This document shows positions 39,901 to 51,100 of a stretch of 64,000 bases of DNA, in pieces. Below the pieces are notes generated by a model that was given only the letters and a program-made list of their open reading frames with translations, was not told the origin of the DNA and did no database searches. Where the stretch lies: assembly GCA_964016885.1 (NCBI GenBank), contig OZ024766.1:17050001-17114000 (forward strand), given 5' to 3'. Made by a program: the position numbers and the translations under genes. This DNA is from Eledone cirrhosa (Eukaryota). Position 1 is the stretch's first letter; the number at the start of each line of letters is the position of its first letter.

Positions 39901-41437
39901 ATAACTGATATAAAGCACTCAACAGTTTAGTGGAGTAAATATACAATATATTAACAAATGGAAACTATATTTATAAAACCATATTTATTTTATTATACAT
40001 ATTTCAAGGGCCACCAAGGCAAATTATGGTGCGCTTTCATCAGATAAAATGTAATACAGAATTAGTTTTATAAATAAATATTGACATACCCTGAAAAAAG
40101 ACAACCTTGACTATCCAGGAAGCTCCAAATGTTAAGGTTGTCTTTTTTCAGGGTATGTCAATATTTATAGCATTGCTTTATATCTGGAGATCTCTCTGCA
40201 CTTGTCGTCACATGGTACCATGGGCCCAGCACTATGTGTCAATAATTGTCACAAGTGTAGTGTTTGTACCAGAGTTTTCAAGTCGCTGGCTGGACTAAAA
40301 AGTAACACTCGTTCAGCGCATCGGTAGGGGTTCTCCTACATGGATGTAAAGTAGTGGCCGTACTCAAAAACGAGTTGGCAGCCACCATGTATGTATGTAC
40401 GGGAGAGATGACCCCTTAGCCTTTGTCAGGGCAGAATTCTAGGAGAAGGAAAACTCTGATATAACACCTGCAAGCCTGATGGTATCCAATGATGTTGACT
40501 TCTTGTTCTTTTTGGTAAATATCATCTTGGTTAAGAGAGTGGGACTGGCTTTGTGCAGTGCCTTTGCTCACTATAAAAGCTTCACGGCACAGGCATTGCT
40601 TTATATCTGGAGATCTCTCTGCACTTGTCATCACATGGTACCATGGGCCCAGCACTATGTCAATAATTGTTACAAGTGTAGTGTTTGTACCAGAGTTTTC
40701 AAGTCGCTGGCTGGACTAAAAAGTCACACTCGTTCAGCGCATCGGTAGGGGTTCTCCTACATGGATATAAAGTAGTGGCCGTACTCGAAAACGAGTTGGC
40801 ACCCACCATATATAAGTGTATATATGAGGGTATATATAAGTGTATATATGAGTGTATATTTAAGTGTATATATAAGTGTATATATGAGCGTATACATAAG
40901 TGAGTGTATATGTAAGTGTATATATGTGTATATATAAGTATATATGAGCGTATATATAAGTGTATATATGAGTGTATATATGAGTGTATATATAAGTGTA
41001 TATATAAGTGTATATATGTGCGTATATATAAGTGTATATATAAGTGTATATATGAGTGTATATATGAGTGTATATAAGAGAGTATATAAGAGTGTATATA
41101 AGAGTGTATACAAGTGTATATATAAGTGTATATATAAGTGTATATATAAGCGTATATATAAGTGTATATATGAGCGTATATATGAGTGTATATATAAGCG
41201 TATATATAAGTGTATATATAAGTGTATATATAAGTGTATATATAAGTGTATAATAATGCCACTCACCTTCCCCATCTGTGAGAGAGGCATCAGCCCCATA
41301 ATTCATCAGTATAACCACCATTGATAAATGACCTTGTCTGGAACAACAAACATATATAAACTTTTATATCATCATCATCAGCATATATATAATATAGACA
41401 CACATATTCAGCAATGAACAGCAGACATATGTACACT

Positions 41438-41487
<50 letters not shown>

Positions 41488-44400
41488 AGCGTACATATGG
41501 AGGCACATGGCTTAGTGGTTAGAGCATTGGGCTTGCAATCGAAAGGTTGTGAGTTCAATTCTCAGACCGGGTGATGTGTTGTTTCCTTGAGCAAGACACT
41601 TTATTTCACATTGCTCCAGTTTACTCAGCTGTAGAAATGAGATGATAGGGACTGGGGTCCCTATCATTCCACTGTAAAGTGGTCGTGGAGGTGCCACGGC
41701 AAAAAAGCACCCAGCACTCACTGTAAAGTGGTCGTGGAGGTGCCACGGCAAAAAACCTCACCCACCAGACAGATTATATAAAGGAAAACAAATGTTTAAC
41801 GATGTATGCATATATATATATATATATATATTGTTATACTTTGGGAGGGTCATGTTGCCAATAAGAAACACACGCACCAGTTGCTTTCACTCCAATTTAT
41901 TATAATAAATTTATAAATTTCCGGTTGGTTGGTTGGTTCCACAACCAGATGGTTGTTCATATATTGTCAAAGTTCTTTCGTCACACATTCTGTGACCTCT
42001 TCAGTGACTGGGGATTCTTTTCCTTGTTTTTGTGCCTCTCCTTTGTTCTGTCCTACGCCATCTTGTTTTTGAAGTGAAAGCAACTGGTGCGTGTGTTTCT
42101 TATTGGCAACATGACCCTCCCAAAGTATAACAATATCGGTTTCAACACACGTTTTCAGATAAAGAATCTTGCTAAACAAATTCAAAAACGAAATATATAT
42201 ATATATGTAGTTAAATCTACCAAAATATACGGTAGTGTCCAATCCGTATGAAGAACTCAATGTAATCCAAATATCATGAAAAGAGAAGATGCATTCAAAA
42301 ATTTTTCGATGAAAATCACAGGAAAACAGAGTCAAGATAAATTAATAAAAATAATGAATAAAAACAAAGAACAAGTTCCTTATATTAAAAAATTAATCAT
42401 TTTACGATCGTTTCTAGGATATATGTGTGTGTTGGTATTCATTTCATTTCATTTCCTTGGCTCAGGCCAAGTTGAAGACTCCACCCTCAGAGTCTGGTGT
42501 GGTTGCCAGGTTGGATTCTCTGTTTAATTTTGACATGTGTAGGAGCGAGTTTGAGTCAGTTTGTGCTCGTTGTGTATATCCTGGGAGATGGGGTTCATCT
42601 CTAATGGTGCTTAAGTATCTATCCAGCTGCAATTTGAATGATTCCACACCGCATCCTGATAGATTTCTGACATGTACCGGAATGGAGTTGAATAGTTGTG
42701 CCCCTCGAACCAACAGACTTGACTCTCGCAGGGTTTTTGCTGCCTGGCCAGTCCTTTTGTTGATTGGTGGTAGCTGGCAGCGTCTTCCGTGGCGCAGTGA
42801 GTGGTAGGTTTTGATACCAAAGTTTGGCACCTTTTGCTCTATCATTTTCCAAATGTATATAATTCAGTATCGCTCAAATCTTCTTTCTATTGAGTACATC
42901 TTCAAGGTTTTGAGTCTTTGCCAATAGTCCAGGTCCCTCGTTTCTGAGAAGTATGAGGTAAAATTTCTTTGGAGCGATTCCATCTTAGATAGTTGGCCCT
43001 TTGTTGTTGGTGACCACAACTGAGAACAGTAGTCACTCCTCGGAAGTACCATACTGTTCCAGAGGGTTTTCATTGTTGAGGTATCTCTTGATTTGAAGGT
43101 GTGCAAGGTCCACCCGCTGTACTTTCTTGCAGTAAGACAGACTGAGTCAAGGTGTTCTCTGAATTTTAGGCTGGTTCCCATGTGGATGCCTAAATCTTTC
43201 ACACACTGTTTTTCCATTATATGTTGTCCTGATGGGTTTCATACAGATCTATGTAAAAATATTACAAACTATCAGAGGGAATATACATACCTACACATAT
43301 ATATATGTCTTCAGAAATAATTGTTTCTACTTTAGGCACAAGGCCAGCAATTACCCAGTACATTACTGGTACTTTATTTTATCGGCCCGCCCTCATGTCA
43401 TTTGACCTTTGATAGGTTAATGTCTCCCAGAAGCAGAATGGTGAGAGCCCCGGTCCAGTTTGTCAAGGACGACATCTATCCTTCTGAGGCTATCCTCAAA
43501 CTTACCCTCATGACTGGGGCCATCGGGTGGCTTGATATGTGACACAAATACCTCAGTGGACACAGATTAATGTTCAAAGCCATCTTCAGCTCATCATCAT
43601 CATCATCATCATCGTTTAACGTCCATGTTCCACGCTTGCATGGGTTTGGACGGGAGTTTTCCCACTTGAGGCAAGAGTGGTTATCTTGCTCGTATAGGAC
43701 TGTCTGGCGGGTTTTCTACGGCTGGATGCCCTTCCTAACACCAACCACATTTACAGTGTGGGGCTGGGAGGTTTTTACCGTGTTGCCTACACGGCCACAT
43801 TACAGCGTGGACTGTCTGGCGGGTTTTCTACAGCTGGATGCCCTTCCTAACACCAACCACATTTACAGTGTGGGGCTGGGAGGTTTTTACCGTGTTGCCT
43901 ACACAGCCACATTACAGCGTGGACTGTCTGGCGGGTTTTCTACAGCTGGATGCCCTTCCTAACACCAACCACGTTTACAGTGTGGACTGGGAGGTTTTTA
44001 CCGTGTTGCCTACACGGCCACATTACAGCGTGGACTGTCTGGCGGGTTTTCTACAGTTGGATGCCCTTCCTAACACCAACCACGTTTACAGTGTGGACTG
44101 GGAGGTTTTTACCGTGTTGCCTACACGGCCACATTACAGCGTGGACTGTGTGTTTTTTTGTCGTGACACCTACACGACCTCATTTGTTTCGGCCTGGATG
44201 TTGTGGTACCAACATAACTTTACATTGAAAGGGGCGGTGTGGATGGCGTGGGGGTGGTGGTACGGGGGTGTATTTTGTTAGAGATGCCTACTGACTGTAG
44301 TAGGTTTTACTTTGTATTTAGGTAAGGCGGGTCTTCTCTATTACTGTGTAGCGCCAAAGATCTCGGTCCAGTGACATTGTCTTGGAGAGGTGTAAGTGTG

Positions 44401-47400
44401 TGAGGTTGGAATTTATCAGCTCGTCCCAGGTTTCTCTGGGTCTGCTTACTCCGTGGCTACCGTCTATTTTTATTGCCCTGCACTTTGCTATACAGCTGTC
44501 GTCTTTCATGCGCATCACGTGGCCATACCAACGTAGCTTTCTCTCTAGTAAACAACATCTGATCCCTCTTATTCATAATTTCTCCCTTAGTTCGTTTATG
44601 CTTTGCCGTTCACAATATATAAAAATACAGGCAGTGGATTGGCAGTATTGGTAGAGGGTCGGACGCCATGCTTTGCCGCGTAGAGTTACGGCCCTTGCCA
44701 TTCTGAGTTCAAATCCCGCCAAGGTTAACTTTGCCTTTCATCCTTACAGGGTCGATAAAATAAAGTACCAGTAATACACTGAGGTAATAGCTGGCCTTGT
44801 GCCTAAAGTAGAAACAATTATTACGGGGTTGATAAAATAAAGTACCAGTAATACACTGGGGTAATTGCTGGCCTTGTGCCTAAAGTAGAAACAATTATTA
44901 CAGGGTTGATAAAATAAAGTACCAGTAATACACTGGGATAATTGCTGGCCTTGTGCCTAACGTAGAAACAATATATAAAAATACATACCTTGTGGCCCAA
45001 TGCAGCGGTGTTGAGTTCAAATCTCCCCCAAATCTGTCAACTGTGGCCCCTTTTTCTAGGTAATATCTGGAAAATAGACAAACAACAACAATAATAATAA
45101 TGCTTTCTGATTTAGGCAAAAGGGCAGGAATCTAGGGGAGAGGGGAAAGTCAATTAAATAGACCACGAGAAAGCGCAGCTAACCTAAACAGACCCCCAAA
45201 AGTCCCAGAGAGACCCCAACCAACCTAAACAGACCCCAAAGGTCCCAGAGAGACCCCAGCCAACCTAAACTGACCCCAAAAGTCCCAGAGAGACCCCAGC
45301 CAACCTAAACTGACCCCAAAAGTCCCAGAGAGACCCCAACCAACCTAAACAGACCCCAAAAGTCCCAGGGAGACCCCAGCCAACCTAAACTGACCCCAAA
45401 AGTCCCAGAGAGACCCCAACCAACCTAAACAGACCCCAAAAGTCCCAGGGAGACCCCAGCCAACCTAAACTGACCCCAAAAGTCCCAGAGAGACCCCAAC
45501 CAACCTAAACAGACCCCAAAAGTCCCAGGGAGACCCCAACCAACCTAAACTGACCCTAAAAGTCCCAGGGAGACCCCAACCAACCTAAACTGACCCCAAA
45601 AGTCCCAGAGAGACCCCAACCAACCTAAACAGACCCCAACCAACCTAAACAGACCCCAAAAGTCCCAGGAAGACCCCAACCAACCTAAACTGACCCTAAA
45701 GGTGCCAGGGAGACCCCAACCAACCTAAACTGACCCCTAAAAGCCCCAGGGAGACCCCAGCCAACCTAAACAGACCCCAAAACAAACCCCAAAGAGACCC
45801 CCAGCTGACCCCCAACAGACTCCGAAAGCCCCAGAGAGACCCCAGCTGAGTCCAAACAGACCCCAGCTGACCCCAAAAGCCCCAGAGAGACCCCAGCTGA
45901 GCCCAAACAGACCCCAGCTGACCCCAAAAGCCCCAGAGAGACCCCAGCTGAGCCCAAACAGACCCCAGCTGACCCCAAAAGCCCCAGAGAGACCCCAGCT
46001 GAGTCCAAACAGACCCCAGCTGACCCTAAAAGCCCCAGAGAGACCCTCAGCTGAGCCCAAACAGACCTCAGCTAACCCCAAAAGCCCCAGAGAGACCCTC
46101 AGCTGAGCCCAAACAGACCCCAAAAGCGCCAGAGAGACCCTCAGCTGAGCCCAAACAGACCCCAGCTGACCCCAAAAGCCCCAAAGAGACCCCAGCTGAC
46201 CCCAAACAGACCCCAGCTGACCCCAAAAGCCCCAAAGAGACCCCAGCTGACCCCAAAAGTCCCAGAGAGACCCCAGCTGACCCCAAAAGCCCCAGAGAGA
46301 CCCCAGCTGACCCCAAAAGCCCCAGAGAGACCCTCAGCTGAGCCCAAACAGACCCCAGCTGACCCCAAAAGCCCCAAAGAGACCCCAGCTGACCCCAAAA
46401 GCCCCAGAGAGACCCTCAGCTGAGCCCAAACAGACCCCAGCTGACCCCAAAAGCCCCAAAGAGACCCCAGCTGACCCCAAAAGTCCCAGAGAGACCCCAG
46501 CTGACCCCAAAAGCGCCAGAGAGACCCCAGCTGAGCCCAAACAGACCCCAGCTGACCCCAAAAGCCCCAGAGAGACCCTCAACTGAGCCCAAACAGACCC
46601 CAGCTGACCCCAAAAGCCCCAGAGAGACCCCAGCTGAGCCCAAACAGACCCCAGCTGACCCCAAAAGCCCCCAGCTGACCCCCAAAAGCCCCAGAGAGAC
46701 CCTCAACTGAGCCCAAACAGACCCCAGCTGACCCCAAAAGCCCCAGAGAGACCCCAGCTGAGCCCAAACAGACCCCAGCTGACCCCAAAAGCCCCAGAGA
46801 GACCCTCAGCTGAGCCCAAACAGACCCCAGCTGACCCCAAAAGCCCCCAGCTGACCCTCAACTGAGCCCAAACAGACCCCAGCTGACCCCCAAAAGCCCC
46901 AGAGAGACCCTCAACTGAGCCCAAACAGACCCCAGCTGACCCCAAAAGCCCCCAGCTGACCCCCAAAAGTCCCAGAGAGACCCCAGCTGACCCCAAAAGC
47001 CCCAGAGAGACCCTCAGCTGAGCCCAAACAGACCCCAGCTGACCCCAAAAGCCCCAGAGAGACCCTCAGCTGAGCCCAAACAGACCCCAGCTGAGCCCAA
47101 ACAGACCCCAGCTGACCCCAAAAGTCCCAGAGAGACCCCAGCTGAGCCCAATAGACCCCAGCTGACCCCAAAAGTCCCAGAGAGACCCCAGCTGAGCCCA
47201 AACAGACCCCAGCTGAGCCCAAACAGACCCCAGCTGACCCCAAAAGTCCCAAACAGACCCCAGCTGAGCCCAATAGACCCCAGCTGACCCCAAAAGTCCC
47301 AGAGAGACCCCAGCTGAGCCCAAACAGACCTCAGCTGACCCCAAAAGCGCCAGAGAGACCCCAGCTGAGCCCAAACAGACCCCAGCTGACCCCAAAAGCG

Positions 47401-48071
47401 CCAGAGAGACCCTCAGCTGAGCCCAAACAGACCCCAGCTGACCACAAAAGCCCCAGAGAGACCCCAGCTGACCCCAAAAGTCCCAGAGAGACCCTCAGCT
47501 GAGCCCAAACAGACCCCAGCTGACCCCAAAAGCCCCAGAGAGACCCTCAGCTGAGCCCAAAAGCCCCAAAGAGACCCCAGCTGAGCCCAAACAGACCCCA
47601 GCTGACCCCAAAAGCGCCAGAGAGACCTTCAGCTGAGCCCAAACAGACCCCAGCTGACCCCAAAAGCGCCAGAGAGAGCCTCAGCTGAGCCCAAAAGCCC
47701 CAGAGAGACCCTCAGCTGAGCCCAAACAGACCCCAGCTGACCCCAAAAGCCCCAAAAAGACCACAGCTGAGCCCAAACAGACCCCAGCTGACCCCCAGAC
47801 AAAGAATCAGACCCACTTACTTGACAATCTCAGCTCTGTTGTTGATGGCTGCCCAGTGCAATAGACTGACATTCTCCTTATCCAACGTGTTGACGTCATA
47901 GCCCCCTTCAATCAGCTCGTGGCACCTCTTGAATGCCCCATATTGCGTGGCCCTCACTATGTCATAGTTGTTGTAGTCTTCCGGTGGGTTCTGCTGGACA
48001 GAACCCACCCCAGCGGCTCCTCCGGCACCTGCCTTAGAGACGGGGTCACCAAATTCGTTGTCATCTATTTC
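13985..48071 (-). CDS. ZDHHC17: Palmitoyltransferase ZDHHC17/HIP14 (ankyrin repeats + DHHC domain), 14 coding exons, 5' end missing
   Basis: Exons 48071-47821, 45066-44989, 41337-41267, 39815-39677, 38222-38060, 36331-36206, 35650-35511, 34039-33939, 28101-27977, 24782-24626, 22414-22331, 21493-21336, 16345-16236 and 14147-13985 join in frame (1866 nt including TGA) at GT-AG junctions. The protein has ankyrin repeats, TM segments, DPG, a DHHC cysteine-rich domain, TTNE and a C-terminal QFV. An intact DHHC favours ZDHHC17 over ZDHHC13 (DQHC). Confidence 0.95.
14160..16140. repeat. Nested duplication: about 890-bp unit twice plus a partial third, six sub-units of about 230-250 bp
   Basis: ttctttattagccacaaggg... 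at about 14185, 15077 and 15976; ttgtgcaagtgc... sub-unit repeated six times. Confidence 0.85.
16236..16345 (-). CDS. ZDHHC17: ZDHHC17 exon (TTxE motif)
   Basis: taacag|[36 protein letters not shown]|gtaagt. Confidence 0.93.
16480..19621 (-). mobile_element. LINE 3' end whose terminal ORF segment is amplified as a 61-bp tandem array (about 48 copies, 16676-19621)
   Basis: Unit translates as [21 protein letters not shown], the WNxLPxxVV end of CR1/L2-type ORF2, then [10 protein letters not shown]-stop and a 3' UTR. Confidence 0.8.
19621..20030 (+). mobile_element. SINE/RTE-tail repeat with internal repeats of about 118 bp
   Basis: Related copies at 43590-44180 (minus) and 62550-63010; (ATG)n tail. 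Confidence 0.7.
20545..21198 (-). mobile_element. Truncated inverted copy of the TTAA element with 73-bp array
   Basis: Reverse complement of the 5181-6238 units; terminus CCCTTTAGTATTTAC. Confidence 0.8.
21336..21493 (-). CDS. ZDHHC17: ZDHHC17 exon (TM)
   Basis: tgccag|[53 protein letters not shown]|gtaagg. Confidence 0.92.
21586..22020. repeat. 68-bp tandem array, about 6 copies
   Basis: ggactaaaataaaagggtttttggtgtgaccttaatccagttctggggccaaatctagg... Confidence 0.9.
22331..22414 (-). CDS. ZDHHC17: ZDHHC17 exon (end of DHHC domain/TM)
   Basis: tttcag|[28 protein letters not shown]|gtaagt. Confidence 0.93.
22589..24232. repeat. 49-bp tandem array (about 33 copies) related to the SINE A internal unit
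   Basis: ctcccagtccacactgtaaagtggtcatgtaggagacacagtaaaaagg. Confidence 0.92.
24626..24782 (-). CDS. ZDHHC17: ZDHHC17 exon (DHHC catalytic domain)
   Basis: tttcag|[52 protein letters not shown]|gtaagt. Confidence 0.96.
25043..27952 (+). mobile_element. RTE LINE 3' end with an 80-bp ORF segment amplified in tandem (about 33 copies, 25043-27720)
   Basis: Unit translates as [26 protein letters not shown], followed by [13 protein letters not shown] and an (ATG)n tail. Confidence 0.85.
27977..28101 (-). CDS. ZDHHC17: ZDHHC17 exon (TM + DPG motif)
   Basis: ttccttaac...aaccag|(Y)[41 protein letters not shown]|gtgagt. Confidence 0.9.
28223..31960 (+). repeat. 164-bp satellite array (about 22 near-identical copies) behind a Helitron-like 5' end
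   Basis: ORF track repeats every 164 bp; starts TCTATATATATATAAAAG followed by a (TG)n/TCTG microsatellite. Confidence 0.9.
31985..32218 (-). mobile_element. RTE LINE 3' fragment
   Basis: [44 protein letters not shown]. Confidence 0.85.
32604..32666 (-). ncRNA. Hammerhead motif, inverted copy (short stem I)
   Basis: ATTT-CTGATGA-TTGAAGGCAGAC GTCTCAAGCTT GTCTGTCTTCGT-GAAA-CCTTTGG-TA|AATG. Confidence 0.65.
32690..32756 (+). ncRNA. Type-I hammerhead ribozyme motif
   Basis: CATT-CTGATGA-TTGAAGGCAGAC...GTCTGTCTTCGT-GAAA-CC TTT GG-TA|AATG. Confidence 0.78.
32806..33418 (+). mobile_element. SINE family A, 5'-truncated, 49-bp unit expanded
   Basis: Matches the SINE A body and tail. Confidence 0.85.
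33472..33584 (-). ncRNA. Variant hammerhead motif (CCGAAGA core, long stem II insertion)
   Basis: CATGCT-CCGAAGA-TCTGACTGGT...ACCAGTTCAGA-GAAA-CAATTG-TC|AGCTATG. Confidence 0.55.
33939..34039 (-). CDS. ZDHHC17: ZDHHC17 exon (transmembrane; ends at U12-type donor)
   Basis: tttcag|[33 protein letters not shown]|gtatcctt. Confidence 0.9.
34085..34520 (-). mobile_element. SINE family A with variant tRNA head
   Basis: B box GAGTTCGATTCCC; body and tail as in SINE A. Confidence 0.8.
34535..35466 (+). mobile_element. SINE family A, full length, 49-bp unit expanded
   Basis: ggaggcacatggcttagtgg head to aaatgatgat tail. Confidence 0.85.
35511..35650 (-). CDS. ZDHHC17: ZDHHC17 exon (transmembrane)
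   Basis: tttcag|[45 protein letters not shown]|gtaagt; phases fit both neighbours. Confidence 0.88.
36206..36331 (-). CDS. ZDHHC17: ZDHHC17 exon (end of ankyrin region)
   Basis: ctccag|[42 protein letters not shown]|gtaagt. Confidence 0.9.
36361..38003 (+). repeat. Degenerate TTAGGG tract plus TTAGGG-containing minisatellite (about 54-bp units)
   Basis: Perfect TTAGGG run at about 36697-36726; unit ctagggttagggttaagagttaggggtgtaaaaaagtgtggtgccctccctagg. Confidence 0.88.
38060..38222 (-). CDS. ZDHHC17: ZDHHC17 exon (ankyrin)
   Basis: tttcag|[54 protein letters not shown]|gtaagc. Confidence 0.93.
39141..39522 (-). pseudogene. Two partial tandem duplicates of the 3' part of exon 39815-39677, each with its splice donor
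   Basis: [15 protein letters not shown](E/D)[15 protein letters not shown] followed by GT at about 39522-39428 and 39235-39141; the native acceptor was not copied. Confidence 0.85.
39677..39815 (-). CDS. ZDHHC17: ZDHHC17 exon (ankyrin)
   Basis: tgtcag|[46 protein letters not shown]|gtcagt. Confidence 0.93.
39987..40050 (-). ncRNA. Type-I hammerhead ribozyme motif
   Basis: ATTTTAT-CTGATGA-AAGCGCACCA...TGGTGGCCCTT-GAAA-TATGTA-TA|ATAAAAT; perfect 7-bp stem I. Confidence 0.78.
40170..40810 (+). mobile_element. Duplicated LINE 3' end with C2H2-like finger (RTE-like)
   Basis: [23 protein letters not shown]-stop; two copies at about 40170-40390 and 40592-40810. Confidence 0.55.
41267..41337 (-). 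CDS. ZDHHC17: ZDHHC17 exon (ankyrin)
   Basis: ttccag|[23 protein letters not shown]|gtgagt. Confidence 0.93.
41499..41755 (+). mobile_element. SINE family A, 3'-truncated
   Basis: Head and body match SINE A. Confidence 0.85.
41966..42008 (-). ncRNA. Minimal hammerhead ribozyme motif
   Basis: GTCA-CTGAAGA-G-GTCACA GAATG TGTGAC-GAAA-GAAC-TT|TGAC. Confidence 0.72.
42440..43220 (-). mobile_element. CR1/L2-type LINE ORF2 C-terminal fragment, 5'-truncated and disrupted
   Basis: VKDLGIHM...[16 protein letters not shown]...LQRNFT...[22 protein letters not shown]...[10 protein letters not shown]...FKLQLDRYL; GAAAT-repeat tail. Confidence 0.88.
44318..44610 (-). mobile_element. RTE LINE fragment
   Basis: [38 protein letters not shown]. 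Confidence 0.82.
44989..45066 (-). CDS. ZDHHC17: ZDHHC17 exon (ankyrin)
   Basis: ttccag|(K)[25 protein letters not shown](R)|gtatgt. Confidence 0.93.
45180..47800. repeat. Complex GC-rich minisatellite (gaccccagct/gagcccaaaca/aaagccccagaga modules)
   Basis: About 2.6 kb filling most of one intron. Confidence 0.92.
47821..48071 (-). CDS. ZDHHC17: ZDHHC17 exon (N-terminus, first ankyrin repeats)
   Basis: tttcag|EIDDNEF...[48 protein letters not shown]|gtaagt. Confidence 0.93.
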
Positions 48072-48109
48072 CTGAAACAATAATGGTAGAGGCTTATTAT
48101 ATAGGAACA

Positions 48110-51100
48110 GGGGCCAGCAATTACCCCAGTGTATTACTGGTACTTTATTTTAAAAACCCCGTAATAATTGTTTCTACTTTAGGCACAAGGCCAGCAATTA
48201 CCCCAGTGTATTACTGGTACTTTATTTTATCAACCCCGTAATAATTGTTTCTACTTTTGGGGGCACAAGGCCAGCAATTACCCCAGTGTATTACTGGTAC
48301 TTTATTTTACCAACCCCGTAATAATTGTTTCTACTTTTGGGGGCACAAGGCCAGCAATTACCCCAGTGTATTACTGGTACTTTATTTTATTGACCCCGTA
48401 ATAATTGTTTCTACTTTTGGGGGCACAAGGCCAGCAATTACCCCAGTGTATTACTGGTTCTTTATTTTATTGACCCTGTAATAATTGTTTCTACTTTAGG
48501 GGGCACAAGGCCAGCAATTACTCCAGTGTATTACTGGTACTTTATTTTATTGACCCTGTAATAATTGTTTCTACTTTTGGGGGCACAAGGCCAGCAATTA
48601 CCCCAGTGTATTACTGGTACTTTATTTTACCAACCCCGTAATAATTGTTTCTACTTTTGGGGGCACAAGGCCAGCAATTACCCCAGTGTATTACTGCTAC
48701 TTTATTTTACCAACCCTGTAATAATTGTTTCTACTTTTGGGGGCACAAGGCCAGCAATTACCCCAGTGTATTACTGGTACTTTATTTTACCAACCCTGTA
48801 ATAATTGTTTCTCAGTTACCCCAGTGTATTACTGGTACTTTATTTTAAAAACCCCGTAATAACTGTTTCTACTTTAGGCACAGGGCCAGCAATTACCCCA
48901 GTGTATTACTGGTACTTTATTTTACCAACCCTGTAATAATTGTTTCTACTTTTGGGGGCACAAGGCCAGCAATTACCCCAGTGTATTACTGGTACTTTAT
49001 TTTACCAACCCTGTAATAATTGTTTCTCAGTTACCCCAGTGTATTACTGGTACTTTATTTTAAAAACCCCGTAATAACTGTTTCTACTTTAGGCACAGGG
49101 CCAGCAATTACCCCAGTGTATTACTGGTACTTTATTTTACCAACCCTGTAATAATTGTTTCTACTTTTGGGGGCACAAGGCCAGCAATTACCCCAGTGTA
49201 TTACTGGTACTTTATTTTACCAACCCCGTAATTATTGTTTCTACTTTTGGGGGCACAAGGCCAGCAATTACCCCAGTGTATTACTGGTACTTTATTTAAA
49301 AAATCCCGTAATAACTGTTTCTACTTTAGGCACAGGGCCAGCAATTACCCCAGTGTATTACTGGTACTTTATTTTACCAACCCCGTAATAATTGTTTCTA
49401 CTTTTGGGGGCACAAGGCCAGCAATTACCCCAGTGTATTACTGGTACTTTATTTTACCAACCCCGTAATAATTGTTTCTACTTTTGGGGACACAAGGCCA
49501 GCAATTACTCCAGTGTATTACTGGTACTTTATTTTACCAACCCCGTAATAACTGTTTCTACTTTAGGCACAGGGCCAGCAATTACCCCAGTGTATTACTG
49601 GTACTTTATTTTACCAACCCCGTAATAATTGTTTCTACTTTTGGGGGCACAAGGCCAGCAATTACCCCAGTGTATTACTGGTACTTTATTTTACCAACCC
49701 CGTAATAACTGTTTCTACTTTAGGCACAGGGCCAGCAATTACCCCAGTGTATTACTGGTACTTTATTTTACCGACCCCGTAATAATTGTTTCTACTTTTG
49801 GGGGGGCACAAGGCCAGCAATTACCCCAGTGTATTACTGGTACTTTATTTTACCAACCCCGTAATAATTGTTTCTACTTTTGGGGGCACAAGACCAGCAA
49901 TTACCCCAGTGTATTACTGGTACTTTATTTTATTGACCCCGTAATAAATGTTTCTACTTTTGGGGGCACAAGGCCAGCAATTACCCCAGTGTATTACTGC
50001 TACTTTATTTTACCAACCCTGTAATAATTGTTTCTACTTTTGGGGGCACAAGGCCAGCAATTACTCCAGTGTATTACTGGTACTTTATTTTACCAACCCT
50101 GTAATAATTGTTTCTACTTTTGGGGGCACAAGTCCAGCAATTGCCCCAGTGTATTACTGGTACTTTATTTTACCAACCCCGTAATAATTGTTTCTACTTT
50201 TAGGGGGCACAAGGCCAGCAATTACCCCAGTGTATTACTGGTACTTTATTTTACCGACCCCCGTAATAATTGTTTCTACTTTTGGGGGCACAAGGCCAGC
50301 AATTACCCCAGTGTATTACTGGTACTTTATTTTACCGACCCCGTAATAATTGTTTCTACTTTTGGGGGCACAAGGCCAGCAATTACCCCAGTGTATTACT
50401 GGTACTTTATTTTACTGACCCCGTAATAATTGTTTCTACTTTTGGGGGCACAAGGCCAGCAATTACCCCAGTGTATTACTGGTACTTTATTTTATTGACC
50501 CTGTAATAATTGTTTCTACTTTTGGGGACACAAAGCCAGCAATTACCCCAGTGTATTACTGGTACTTTATTTTAAAAACCCCGTAATAACTGTTTCTACT
50601 TTAGGCACAGGGCCAGCAATTACCCCAGTGTATTACTGGTACTTTATTTTACCAACCCCGTAATAATTGTTTCTACTTTTGGGGGCACAAGGCCAGCAAT
50701 TACCCCAGTGTATTACTGGTACTTTATTTTATTGACCCTGTAATAATTGTTTCTACTTTTGGGGGCACAAGGCCAGCAATTACCCCAGTGTATTACTGGT
50801 ACTTTATTTTACCAACCCTGTAATAATTGTTTCTACTTTTGGGGGCACAAGGCCAGCAATTACCCCAGTGTATTACTGGTACTTTATTTTACCAACCCCC
50901 GTAATAATTGTTTCTACTTTTGGGGGCACAAGGCCAGCAATTACCCCAGTGTATTACTGGTACTTTATTTTAAAAACCCCGTAATAACTGTTTCTACTTT
51001 AGGCACAGGGCCAGCAATTACCCCAGTGTATTACTGGTACTTTATTTTACCAACCCCGTAATAATTGTTTCTACTTTAGGGGGCACAAGGCCAGCAATTA

